Shown: piece after piece, positions 16,625 to 25,055 of the stretch | Layout of the letters: each line of letters begins with the position of its first letter | Position numbering within the stretch: position 1 is the stretch's first letter | Source: Thermoanaerobaculia bacterium | Lineage (GTDB): Bacteria; Acidobacteriota; Thermoanaerobaculia; Multivoradales; UBA5704 | Reading direction: 5' to 3' | Length of the DNA: 33,267 nt | Assembly: GCA_035603475.1 (NCBI GenBank) | Contig: DATNKH010000499.1 | Coordinates: forward strand, 1 to 33,267 | Made by a program: the position numbers and the translations under genes | The notes under the pieces: model-generated | Seen by the model: only the letters and a program-made list of their open reading frames with translations | The model's database searches: none | What the model was told of the DNA's origin: nothing

Positions 16625-18982
16625 ATGAATCCGCCCGACCTGCGGCAGCCCGCGGCAAGCTCCGGCGAGGCCGGCGGCCCGGCTCCCGCCGCCGATCCCG
16701 CCGTGCCGGCGGACGAGCGCGACTTGCCGGACCGCAGCATGCCCTGGCCCGAGGAGCTGGTCGAGGAAGCGCCCGCTGCCCAGCCGGCGGCGCTGGTGCG
16801 CCGAGAATGGCTGGTCACCAACAGCCTCGGCGGCTACGCCTCCGGCACCCTGGCCGGCATCCCCACGCGGCGCTACCACGGCTTGCTGGTGGCGGCGCTG
16901 CCGGCGCCGGTCGGCCGCACGCTGATGCTCGGCCAGCTCTCCGAGGTGCTGCGCCTGCCCAACGGCCTGATCGTCCGGCTGGGCGGCGATCGGCTCGGCG
17001 GGGCGGGGATCGAGCCCCCGGGCGCCGGCCACCTGCGCGAGTTCCGCCTCGAGGCCGGGCTGCCGACCTGGCGCTACGAGGTGGGGGACTACGCCGTCGA
17101 GAAGCGCGTCTTCCTGGCGCACCTGCAGAACACCGTCTACGTCCTCTACCGGCTGCGCCGGGGTCCGGAGGCCGTCCGCCTGGAGATCCACCCCACCGTG
17201 CATTTCCGGCCGCACGACTCCCCGGTCTCGACGCCGCTCGGCACGCCGTACGTGCTGACCGTGACCGACGGCCGCTACGAGCTCGCCTCGTCCTGGCCGG
17301 CGCTGCCGCCGCTGCGGCTGTGGCTGGCCGGGGCGGAGCCGACCTTCACCGTCGCCGGCCGCCTGATCACGGGGGTGCGCTACGAGGTGGAGGAGAGACG
17401 CGGTTACGAGTCGGTCGGCGACCTCTGGTGCCCCGGGTTCTTCGCCGCCGACCTGGCGGTGGCTGCCGCGGGCGAAGCGGGCCAGGAGGCCAGCCTGATC
17501 GCGTCGACCGAGTCCTGGGAGATCCTGCGCGCCCTGCGGCCGCGCGAAGCGCTGGCGGCGGAGATCGAGCGGCGGGAGCGGCTGCTGGCGACCGCCGATC
17601 CTCGCGCCCGGGAAGGGACGGCGGCGGAGCTGACCCTGGCCGCCGACCAGTTCGTGATCGCTCCGCCGCGCAGCGAGGACGCCGCGCGCGCCCGCGCCGC
17701 CGGCGACGAGGCGCGCACCGTCGCCGCCGGCTACCACTGGTTCACCGACTGGGGGCGGGACACCATGATCGGGCTCGAGGGGCTGACGCTGGTGACCGGC
17801 CGTCACATCGAGGCCGGTTACATCCTGCGCACCTTCGCCCGCCACGTGCGCGACGGGTTGATCCCCAACCTCTTCCCCGAGGGCGGGCGCGAAGGCCTCT
17901 ACAACACCGCCGACGCCTCGCTCTGGTTCTTCCACGCCCTCGACCGCTACCTGGCCGCGACCGGCGACCGTGACACGCTCGAGCTGCTGCTGCCGGTGCT
18001 GCTCGACATCCTCGATCACCATGTCGCCGGCACCCTCTTCGGCATCGGGATGGATCCGGACGACGGCCTCCTGCGGCAGGGGGCCCCCGGCTACCAGCTC
18101 ACCTGGATGGACGCCAAGGTGGGTGACTGGGTGGTGACGCCGCGCCGGGGCAAGGCGGTCGAGATCAACGCGCTCTGGTACAACGCGCTCTGCCTGCTCG
18201 AAGGCTGGCTGCGGTCGGGAGCCGCGGGTAGCGGCGATGGTGGCCAAGGCGATGCTGGAGCCGCGGGCAGCCGCGATGGTGGCAAAGGCGATTCCGGCGA
18301 TCCTGCGGTTGGTTCCAACCCAGACAGGGAGCGAGCTGAAGGCGCCGCCCGCGCCGATCGGATCGGCGAGCTCGCCCGGCGCGCCCGCGAGTCGTTCAAC
18401 CGCCGCTTCTGGCACGCGGCGGGCGGCTATCTCTACGACGTCGTGGACGGCGAGCACGGCGACGATGCCGCCTGCCGGCCCAACCAGATCTTCGCGCTGT
18501 CCCTACCGCATCCGGTGCTGGCGCCCGAGCGCTGGCAGGCGGTGTTCGAGACGGTGCGGCAGCGGCTGCTGACGCCACTGGGCCTGCGCTCGCTGGCGCC
18601 CGGCGAGCCCGAGTACAAGCCCACCTACGACGGCGACCTGCGCGCTCGCGACGCCGCCTACCACCAGGGCACCGTCTGGGCCTGGCTCATCGGCCCGTTC
18701 GTCGACGCCTGGCTGCGGGTGCATCCCGGCGACCCGGCGGGTGCGCATGCCCTGTTGCAAGGCTTCGTGCCGCACCTGGGCGAGGGCTGCCTCGGCACCA
18801 TCGCCGAGATCTTCGACGCCGAAGCGCCGTGGATGCCGCGCGGCTGCGTGGCGCAGGCCTGGAGCGTCGCCGAGGTGCTGCGGGCCTGGATCGCCACCGC
18901 CCCGTCGCGGCCCCAGGCCGCCGCCGCGGCGGCACGGGAGCCGGCGGCGGAGGCCACCGTGCCCACCGCGTCGCGCGTTTGA
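16625..18982 (+). CDS. Glycogen debranching enzyme (GDE_N_bis + amylo-alpha-1,6-glucosidase six-hairpin domain)
   Basis: EWLVTNSLGGYASGTLAGIPTRRYHGLLVAAL, GYHWFTDWGRDTMIGLEGL, QLTWMDAKVGDWVVTPRRGKAVEINALWYNAL, YHQGTVWAWLIGPF. ATG 16625 has GAGGAGAG upstream. In-frame alternatives are ATG 16547 and ATG 16739. The track ORF start at 16337 overlaps treZ and is unlikely. Confidence 0.87.
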   Translation: MNPPDLRQPAASSGEAGGPAPAADPAVPADERDLPDRSMPWPEELVEEAPAAQPAALVRREWLVTNSLGGYASGTLAGIPTRRYHGLLVAALPAPVGRTLMLGQLSEVLRLPNGLIVRLGGDRLGGAGIEPPGAGHLREFRLEAGLPTWRYEVGDYAVEKRVFLAHLQNTVYVLYRLRRGPEAVRLEIHPTVHFRPHDSPVSTPLGTPYVLTVTDGRYELASSWPALPPLRLWLAGAEPTFTVAGRLITGVRYEVEERRGYESVGDLWCPGFFAADLAVAAAGEAGQEASLIASTESWEILRALRPREALAAEIERRERLLATADPRAREGTAAELTLAADQFVIAPPRSEDAARARAAGDEARTVAAGYHWFTDWGRDTMIGLEGLTLVTGRHIEAGYILRTFARHVRDGLIPNLFPEGGREGLYNTADASLWFFHALDRYLAATGDRDTLELLLPVLLDILDHHVAGTLFGIGMDPDDGLLRQGAPGYQLTWMDAKVGDWVVTPRRGKAVEINALWYNALCLLEGWLRSGAAGSGDGGQGDAGAAGSRDGGKGDSGDPAVGSNPDRERAEGAARADRIGELARRARESFNRRFWHAAGGYLYDVVDGEHGDDAACRPNQIFALSLPHPVLAPERWQAVFETVRQRLLTPLGLRSLAPGEPEYKPTYDGDLRARDAAYHQGTVWAWLIGPFVDAWLRVHPGDPAGAHALLQGFVPHLGEGCLGTIAEIFDAEAPWMPRGCVAQAWSVAEVLRAWIATAPSRPQAAAAAAREPAAEATVPTASRV
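18221..18298 (+). repeat. 39-bp in-frame tandem duplication (33/39 identical) inside the debranching-enzyme gene
   Basis: 18221-18259 aligned by hand against 18260-18298. Encodes AAGSGDGGQGDAG / AAGSRDGGKGDSG. Confidence 0.9.
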
Positions 18983-19069
18983 CTCCCCTCGGAGCAAGGA
19001 GTAACGTGATCGCTCCCAGGTTGAAACGGGGCACCACCTTCGGTCAGGAGCACCTTCAGGCCCTTCAGG

Positions 19070-20944
19070 ATGAGCGAGCCACAGGACGATCCCACGAGCT
19101 CGGCAGCTGTTTCGAGACTCCTCGACTACTTGAAGGGGAGCCGCGGGTTCGACTTCGGCGCCTACAAGGTCACCGGCCTGCTGCGGCGCGTCCAGAAGCG
19201 GATGCACGAGGTCGGCGCCGCCTCGTATGCCGAGTACCTCGAGTACCTCGAGGTCCACCCGCAGGAGTTCGCGCCGCTCTTCGACGCCGTCCTGATCAAC
19301 GTCACCAGCTTCTTCCGCGACCCTCCCGCCTGGGAGTACCTGGCCGAGCACATCCTGCCGCGAATCGTCGAGGAGCGCGCGCCCGACCAGACCATCCGGG
19401 TGTGGAGCGCCGGCTGCGCTTCCGGCGAGGAGGCGCTCAGCGTCGCCATGCTGTTCGCCGAGCTGCTGGGGGAAGAGCGGCTGCGCACCCGCGTCAAGAT
19501 CTACGCCACCGACGTCGACGAGGAGTCCCTGGCCGAGGCGCGGCGCGCCACCTACGACGCGCGCCAGGTCGAGGGCGTGCCGGCGCCCCTGCTCGAGAAG
19601 TACTTCGAGAAAGCCGAGAACCGCTGGGTCTTCCGCCCCGACCTCCGGCGCTGCCTGATCTTCGGCCGCCACGACCTGACCCAGGACGCCAGCATCTCCC
19701 GCCTCGATCTGCTGGTCTGCCGCAACACCCTGATGTACTTCAACGCCGAGGCGCAGGAGAAGATTCTGGCGCGCTTCCACTTCGCCCTGAACCGCTCCGG
19801 CTACCTGTTTCTCGGGCGCGCCGAGACGCTGCTCACCCACAGCAACAGCTTCCGTCCGGTGGACCTCAAGCACCGGATCTTCGCGCGCGCCGCGGTCAGC
19901 GACATGCGCGATCGCCTGCTGGCCTTGTCGCCGGTGCCCGGTCCGTCGCCGGTTGCCGCCCGGCAGCCGCGGCCGCGGCTGCTCGAACTGGCCTTCGACC
20001 AGGGTCCGGTGGCGCAGATCGCCGTCGACGATCGCAGTTGCCTGAGCGTCGCCAACGAGAGCGCCCGCCGGCTGTTCGGGCTCGGCTCCGGCGACCTTGG
20101 CCGGCCGCTGCAGGACCTCGAGCTCTCCTACCGGCCCCTCGAGCTGCGGTCGCTCATCCAGGAGTCCGCCAAGACGCGCGCCCCGGTGAAGGTCGCGGAC
20201 GTCCCGTGGCCTGCTCCTGGCCGTGAGCAGCGCCACTTCGAGGTGCAAATCTTACCGCTCGTCGATCCGGCGGGAGCGATCCTCGGTGCCGCCGTCTCGT
20301 TCCTCGACCTCACTCAGGCCCGCCAGCTGCAGGCGGAGCTGGGGCGCGCCCACGAGCGGCTCGAGGCCGCCTACGAGGAGCTGCAGTCGGCGAACGAAGA
20401 GCTCGAGACGACGAACGAGGAGCTGCATTCCACGGTCGAGGAGCTGGAAACCACCAATGAAGAGCTGCAGTCGGCGAATGAAGAGCAGGAGACGATGAAC
20501 GAGGAGCTGCAGTCGACCAACGAGCAGCTGAGCGCCTTGAACCGCCGCCTGGAGCAGGGCTCCCTGGATCTCGAGCAGGCGAACGGCTACCTCCGCGCCA
20601 TCCTCGCCAGCCTGACCTCGGCCGTCGTGGTCATGGATCGAAACTTGCACGTCAAACTTTGGAACGAGAAGGCGGAAGACCTCTGGGGGCTGCGCAGCGA
20701 TGAGGCGGTAGGTCGGCCGTTCCTCGAGCTCGACATCGGGCTGCCGGTCGGAGCGTTGCGCGAGCCTCTCCGCCAAGGCTTGGAGGGAGGCAATGGCAGC
20801 AACGAGCTGGCCCTCGACGGCGTCAACCGCCGCGGCCGCCCGATGCGCTACCAGGTGCGCTCGACCCCGCTGCGCGGACCGCGCGGCCCCGAGGGGATGA
20901 TCCTGCTGCTCGAAGGGCACCCCCGCGAGGACCAGGGAGGATGA
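19070..20944 (+). CDS. CheR-type SAM methyltransferase fused to PAS, an acidic heptad coiled coil and a second PAS
   Basis: FFRDPPAWEYL, IRVWSAGCASGEEALSVAML, VCRNTLMYF (CheR fold); then a PAS-like region, the NEELxxx heptads and a second PAS (LRAILASLTSAVVVMDRNLHVKLWNEKAEDLWG). Confidence 0.9.
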   Translation: MSEPQDDPTSSAAVSRLLDYLKGSRGFDFGAYKVTGLLRRVQKRMHEVGAASYAEYLEYLEVHPQEFAPLFDAVLINVTSFFRDPPAWEYLAEHILPRIVEERAPDQTIRVWSAGCASGEEALSVAMLFAELLGEERLRTRVKIYATDVDEESLAEARRATYDARQVEGVPAPLLEKYFEKAENRWVFRPDLRRCLIFGRHDLTQDASISRLDLLVCRNTLMYFNAEAQEKILARFHFALNRSGYLFLGRAETLLTHSNSFRPVDLKHRIFARAAVSDMRDRLLALSPVPGPSPVAARQPRPRLLELAFDQGPVAQIAVDDRSCLSVANESARRLFGLGSGDLGRPLQDLELSYRPLELRSLIQESAKTRAPVKVADVPWPAPGREQRHFEVQILPLVDPAGAILGAAVSFLDLTQARQLQAELGRAHERLEAAYEELQSANEELETTNEELHSTVEELETTNEELQSANEEQETMNEELQSTNEQLSALNRRLEQGSLDLEQANGYLRAILASLTSAVVVMDRNLHVKLWNEKAEDLWGLRSDEAVGRPFLELDIGLPVGALREPLRQGLEGGNGSNELALDGVNRRGRPMRYQVRSTPLRGPRGPEGMILLLEGHPREDQGG

Positions 20945-20975
20945 CCCCGGACCGCCAGGGAGGATGACCCCGGAC
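20932..20975 (+). repeat. Perfect 21-bp direct repeat ccagggaggatgaccccggac x2 (2-nt spacer) spanning the CheR-PAS stop codon
   Basis: Copies at 20932-20952 and 20955-20975, followed by a degenerate third copy (ccagagatgacgg). Confidence 0.9.
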
Positions 20976-21000
20976 AGCCAGAGATGACGGCAGGTCTTGA

Positions 21001-22929
21001 ATGTCGAAGAGGGTTACCAGCAGCGCGAAGCGCGAGCGCGGCGCCGACGCTCCCGCGCGGCCGCCCTTGATGTACCAGGCCTCGCAGCAACGCCTGAGCG
21101 ACGCCCACGAGGCGTTGCAGCGCACGCTCGAAGAGGTCGAGCTCGCCGAGCGTGAGCTTGCCCAGCAGAACGAGGAGCTGATCGCCGCCCGCGAAGCGCT
21201 CGAGGTCGAGCGCCACCGCTATCGCGAGCTCTTCGAGCTGGCGCCGGACGGCTACGTCATCTCCAACGCCCAGGGCATCGTCGAGGAAGCCAACCAGGCC
21301 GCGGCGGCACTGCTCAACACATCCGAGATCGCCTTGCGCGGCAAGCCTCTCGCCGTGTTCGTGGCATCGCCCGGCAGGCAGGCGTTCCGGTCGCTGCTGC
21401 GCGAGGTGGCCACGGCCGGACGGCGGGTGCAGAACTACGAGCTGCAGCTGGTGCCGCGGCCGACCGCGGCAGCCTCGGCGTCGTCGGCAGCCTCGGCACA
21501 CGCCGCGGCCTCGGCGCCCGTGGCGGTGGCGGCGGCGGCCGGCGAGGGGGCGCCGGCGCCGCCTCCGGTCAAGGTGGTGCAGCTCACCGTGGTGCGCGAC
21601 GAGGAGCGGCCGGACCGTCCTGCCCGCCTGCGCTGGACCCTGCGGGACGTGTCGGACCGCAAGGCAGCCGAGGAGGCGCTGCGCGCCAGCGAGGAGCGGC
21701 TGCGCCATTCCCAGCGGCTCGAGTCCATCGGGCGCCTGGCCGGCGGCATCGCCCATTCCTTCAACAACCTCCTGGCGGCGGTCGGCTTCCACGTCGACCT
21801 CCTGCTCGAGCGCACGGGAAGCGAGGAGTTCCGGCGGCGCCACGGCGAGGAGATCCGCAAGGCGGCGGACCGGGCGGCGGTGCTCGCCCGGCAGCTGCTC
21901 GCCTTCAGCCGCAAGCAGGTGCTGCAGCCGGAGCGCCTGAAGGTGGGGCAGGCGGTCGCCTCGATGCTGCCGATGCTGCGCCGCCTGATCGGCGAGCACA
22001 TCGAGCTCGCGACCCATCTCGCCGCGTCGGCGGGTGCGGTGCACGCCGACTTCGGCCAGCTCGAGCAGGTGATCCTCAACCTGGTGGTCAACGCGCGCGA
22101 CGCGATGCCCGACGGTGGCTGCCTGGTGTTGCGGGTGACCGATGGTGAGAACGGCGAGAACGCCGACAGCGCCGTGAGCGGCGCGGGAGTCGAGGCGGCG
22201 GCGGCCGGCCTCGAGCTGCCGCCGGGTCCCTACGTCGAGCTGACGGTCAGCGACACCGGTTCCGGGATGACGCCGGAGGTGAAGGCCAGGCTGTTCGAGC
22301 CCTTCTTCAGCACCAAGCCGCCCGACAAGGGGACCGGCCTGGGGCTCGCCACGGTCCACGGCATCGTGCGCCAGAGCGGCGGCGACATCAAGGTCGAGAC
22401 CGAGCCCGGGCAGGGATCGTCGTTCCACGTCTTCCTGCCGCGGCTGGCGGACGCCGGCGAAGAGGCGGAGCCACATCCGTCGGCCGCGGTCCACGACCGC
22501 GGCACCGAGGTCCTGCTGCTGGTCGAGGACGAGGACAGCATTCGCGAGCCGGCGACGGAGATCCTGGAAAGCCGCGGCTACCTGGTGCTGCCGGCGAGCG
22601 GCGGCGCCGAGGCGCTGGCGGTCGCGCAGGCCCACGCGGGCCCCATCGACCTGATGATCACCGACGTGGTGATGCCGGGGATGAACGGCAACCAGCTGGC
22701 CGAGGAGCTGCGCTCGTCGCGGCCCGGCATGCGCGTGCTCTACATCTCCGGCTATCCGGAGGACGCCATCGCGCACCACGGCGTGCTGGATGCGGGCAAG
22801 GCGTTCCTGCAGAAGCCCTGCCCCGCGGCGGTCCTGCTGCGCACCGTCCGCGAGGTGCTGGATGCCGGCCGCGAGGCGTCCGCGGCCGACGCATCGGGCG
22901 GTGCCGGGCCCGCGGCGGCGGCGTCATGA
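21001..22929 (+). CDS. Hybrid sensor histidine kinase / response regulator (coiled coil, PAS, HisKA, HATPase_c, REC)
   Basis: H-box SIGRLAGGIAHSFNNLL; DTGSGMTPEVKARLFEPFFSTKPPDKGTGLGLATVHGIV; REC domain VLLLVEDEDSIRE...DLMITDVVMPGMNG. TGA overlaps the next start (ATGA at 22926-22929). Confidence 0.9.
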   Translation: MSKRVTSSAKRERGADAPARPPLMYQASQQRLSDAHEALQRTLEEVELAERELAQQNEELIAAREALEVERHRYRELFELAPDGYVISNAQGIVEEANQAAAALLNTSEIALRGKPLAVFVASPGRQAFRSLLREVATAGRRVQNYELQLVPRPTAAASASSAASAHAAASAPVAVAAAAGEGAPAPPPVKVVQLTVVRDEERPDRPARLRWTLRDVSDRKAAEEALRASEERLRHSQRLESIGRLAGGIAHSFNNLLAAVGFHVDLLLERTGSEEFRRRHGEEIRKAADRAAVLARQLLAFSRKQVLQPERLKVGQAVASMLPMLRRLIGEHIELATHLAASAGAVHADFGQLEQVILNLVVNARDAMPDGGCLVLRVTDGENGENADSAVSGAGVEAAAAGLELPPGPYVELTVSDTGSGMTPEVKARLFEPFFSTKPPDKGTGLGLATVHGIVRQSGGDIKVETEPGQGSSFHVFLPRLADAGEEAEPHPSAAVHDRGTEVLLLVEDEDSIREPATEILESRGYLVLPASGGAEALAVAQAHAGPIDLMITDVVMPGMNGNQLAEELRSSRPGMRVLYISGYPEDAIAHHGVLDAGKAFLQKPCPAAVLLRTVREVLDAGREASAADASGGAGPAAAAS

Positions 22930-24089
22930 CGGAGCACTCGCCCGAGCCCGCGGCCCTGCTGGTGCTCGGGGCCTCGGCGGGAGGTGTCCAGGCGCTCTGC
23001 GAGGTGGTGCGGGCGCTGCCGGCGCGCCTCGACGCGGCGGTGTTCGCGGTGCTCCACGTCTCGCCCTACGGGCGCAGCGCGATGCCGGCGATCCTCAGCC
23101 GCTGCGGGCCGCTGACGGCGGTGCATCCCGCGGACGGCGAGGCGATCCGTCCCGGCTGCATCTACGTGGCGCCGCCGGACCTGCACATGCTCGTCGAGCG
23201 CGGCGTCGTGCGGCTGTCGCGGGCCGCCAGCGAGAACGGCTTCCGGCCGTCCGTGGACGTGCTCTTCCGCAGCGCCGCGCGCAGCTACGGCGCGCGGGTG
23301 GTGGCGGTGGTGCTCACCGGCAACCTGGACGACGGCACGGCCGGCCTGGCGGCGGTCAAGCGGCACGGCGGCGTCGCCGTGGTGCAGGACCCGGCCGAGG
23401 CCGACTATCCCAGCATGCCGGCGAGCGCGGTGCGCAACGTCGACATCGATTACGTGCTGCCGCTGGGCGAGATCCCCGTCGTCCTGGTGGCTCTCTGTGA
23501 CCGGCTGGCCGCCGCGGCCGAGGCGGTGCCCGCGGTCGAGGCCGCCGTGGTGGCCGCCGGAACTGCCGGCAGCACCGTAAGGGCCGGAAGTGCCGGAAGT
23601 ACCGTAAGTGCCGGAGCCACCGCCAGCATGGGAGCCGGCGGAGGTCCCGGCGCCGCCGGCGCCGCCGGAGATCCGGGGCATGCCGGAGGAGATGGAGGGG
23701 CCGCGGTGATGAAAGAGCAGCTCGAGCGCGGCGCCGACCGCGAGGCCGGCTCCCGGCCTTCAGGATTCACCTGCCCGCTCTGCGGCGGCTCGCTGTGGCA
23801 CAACGAGGAAGGCAGTCACGAGCACTTCCGCTGCCGCACCGGCCATGCCTTCTCGCCCGAGAGCCTGTACGCGCTGCAGTCGAAATCGACCGAGACGGCG
23901 CTCTGGGAGGCACTGCGCGCGCTCGAGGAGAACGCGGCCCTGTCGGGCCGGCTGGCGCGGCAGACCCGGGGCGGACCGCACGCCGCCGACCAGGAGCGCT
24001 TCCGCATGCGCCAGCGCGCCGCGGAGCTGCACGCCGAGGAGCTGCGCCGCATCCTGATGCGGCCGGACGGTCTCAGCGACGGAGCATGA
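22926..24089 (+). CDS. CheB-type methylesterase domain protein without REC, with Ala/Gly linker and C-terminal Cys/His zinc-ribbon-like plus helical domain
   Basis: LLVLGASAGGVQAL (Ser), AVLHVSP (His), LTGNLDDGTAGL (Asp), then FTCPLCGGSLWHNEEGSHEHFRCRTGHAF. Confidence 0.87.
   Translation: MTEHSPEPAALLVLGASAGGVQALCEVVRALPARLDAAVFAVLHVSPYGRSAMPAILSRCGPLTAVHPADGEAIRPGCIYVAPPDLHMLVERGVVRLSRAASENGFRPSVDVLFRSAARSYGARVVAVVLTGNLDDGTAGLAAVKRHGGVAVVQDPAEADYPSMPASAVRNVDIDYVLPLGEIPVVLVALCDRLAAAAEAVPAVEAAVVAAGTAGSTVRAGSAGSTVSAGATASMGAGGGPGAAGAAGDPGHAGGDGGAAVMKEQLERGADREAGSRPSGFTCPLCGGSLWHNEEGSHEHFRCRTGHAFSPESLYALQSKSTETALWEALRALEENAALSGRLARQTRGGPHAADQERFRMRQRAAELHAEELRRILMRPDGLSDGA
23562..23615 (+). repeat. 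27-bp in-frame tandem duplication (23/27 identical) in the CheB-like linker
   Basis: 23562-23588 aligned by hand against 23589-23615. Encodes TAGSTVRAG / SAGSTVSAG. Confidence 0.85.
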
Positions 24090-24108
24090 GCCCACCTGTC
24101 CCTCCGGA

Positions 24109-24137
24109 TTGGACGCGGGGCAGAAAGATGATATGAA
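24109..24137 (+). promoter_or_regulatory. Sigma70-like promoter candidate TTGGAC-17 nt-TATGAA (with TG 1 nt upstream, extended -10 like) for rhodanese-sufE
   Basis: Hexamers located by eye at 24109-24114 and 24132-24137. About 55 nt upstream of GTG 24192. Confidence 0.3.
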
Positions 24138-24191
24138 TGGTCACAAATAGCGGTTTCCCGTCCGCCCGGGCGTGAAAGGAGAGCCGACACC

Positions 24192-25055
24192 GTGAGCGAA
24201 ATCGAGAGCCGAGGCTATGTCAACCCGAACGTGCTGGTGTCCACCGAGTGGGTGTCCCAGCACCTGCAGGACCCGAAGATCCGTATCGCCGAGTCGAACG
24301 AGGACCCACTGCTCTACGGCACCGGCCACATCCCGGGCGCCGTCGAGATCGATTGGACGCGTGACCTCAACGACCAGGTGAAACGCGACTACCTCGACCA
24401 CCAGGGCTTCTCCGCCCTGATGCGCCGCCTGGGGATCACCAAGGACACCACCATCGTCTTCTACGGCGACCGCAACAACTGGTGGGCCACCTACGCCTAC
24501 TGGGTCTTCCAGCTGTTCGGCCACGAGCGGGCCAGGATCATGGACGGCGGCCGCATCAAGTGGGCGCAGGAGAACCGCCCGCTGAGCCGCGAGGTGCCGC
24601 AGTATCCTCCCTCGGACTACCAGGCGGCGCCGCGCGACGACAAGAAGATCCGGGCTTTCCGGCAGCAGGTGCTCGACCATCTGCAGGCCAAGGGGCACCT
24701 CATCGACGTCCGCAGCCCCGCCGAGTACACCGGCGAGCGGCTGCACATGCCCGAGTACCCGAACGAGGGCGCGCTGCGCGGCGGCCACATCCCGGGCGCG
24801 GCGAACGTGCCGTGGGCGCGGGCGGTCAATCCCGATGACGGCACCTTCAAGTCGGCCGCCGACCTGAAGGCGATCTACGAGGGGGAGGCGCACCTGTCGC
24901 CCGACGACGACGTCGTCGTCTACTGCCGCATCGGCGAGCGCAGCAGTCACACCTGGTTCGTGCTCACCCACCTCTTGGGCTATCCCAGGGTGCGCAACTA
25001 TGATGGCAGCTGGACCGAGTGGGGCAACCTCGTGGGAGTTCCCATCGAGCGCTGA
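24192..25055 (+). CDS. Thiosulfate/3-mercaptopyruvate sulfurtransferase (tandem rhodanese)
   Basis: 287 aa. GTG start with AAAGGAGAG SD. Two rhodanese domains, active-site loop [12 protein letters not shown] and a C-terminal YDGSWTEWG. Confidence 0.92.
   Translation: MSEIESRGYVNPNVLVSTEWVSQHLQDPKIRIAESNEDPLLYGTGHIPGAVEIDWTRDLNDQVKRDYLDHQGFSALMRRLGITKDTTIVFYGDRNNWWATYAYWVFQLFGHERARIMDGGRIKWAQENRPLSREVPQYPPSDYQAAPRDDKKIRAFRQQVLDHLQAKGHLIDVRSPAEYTGERLHMPEYPNEGALRGGHIPGAANVPWARAVNPDDGTFKSAADLKAIYEGEAHLSPDDDVVVYCRIGERSSHTWFVLTHLLGYPRVRNYDGSWTEWGNLVGVPIER

Noticed and set aside
16274-18457. 727-aa minus-strand ORF (and 15547..16821, 424 aa)
   Set aside because: Antisense to the debranching-enzyme and treZ genes, whose plus-strand translations carry clear family motifs. 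The composition is low-complexity.
20848-22779. 643-aa minus-strand ORF
   Set aside because: Antisense shadow of the hybrid histidine kinase. No motifs, and an Arg/Gly/Ala-rich translation.
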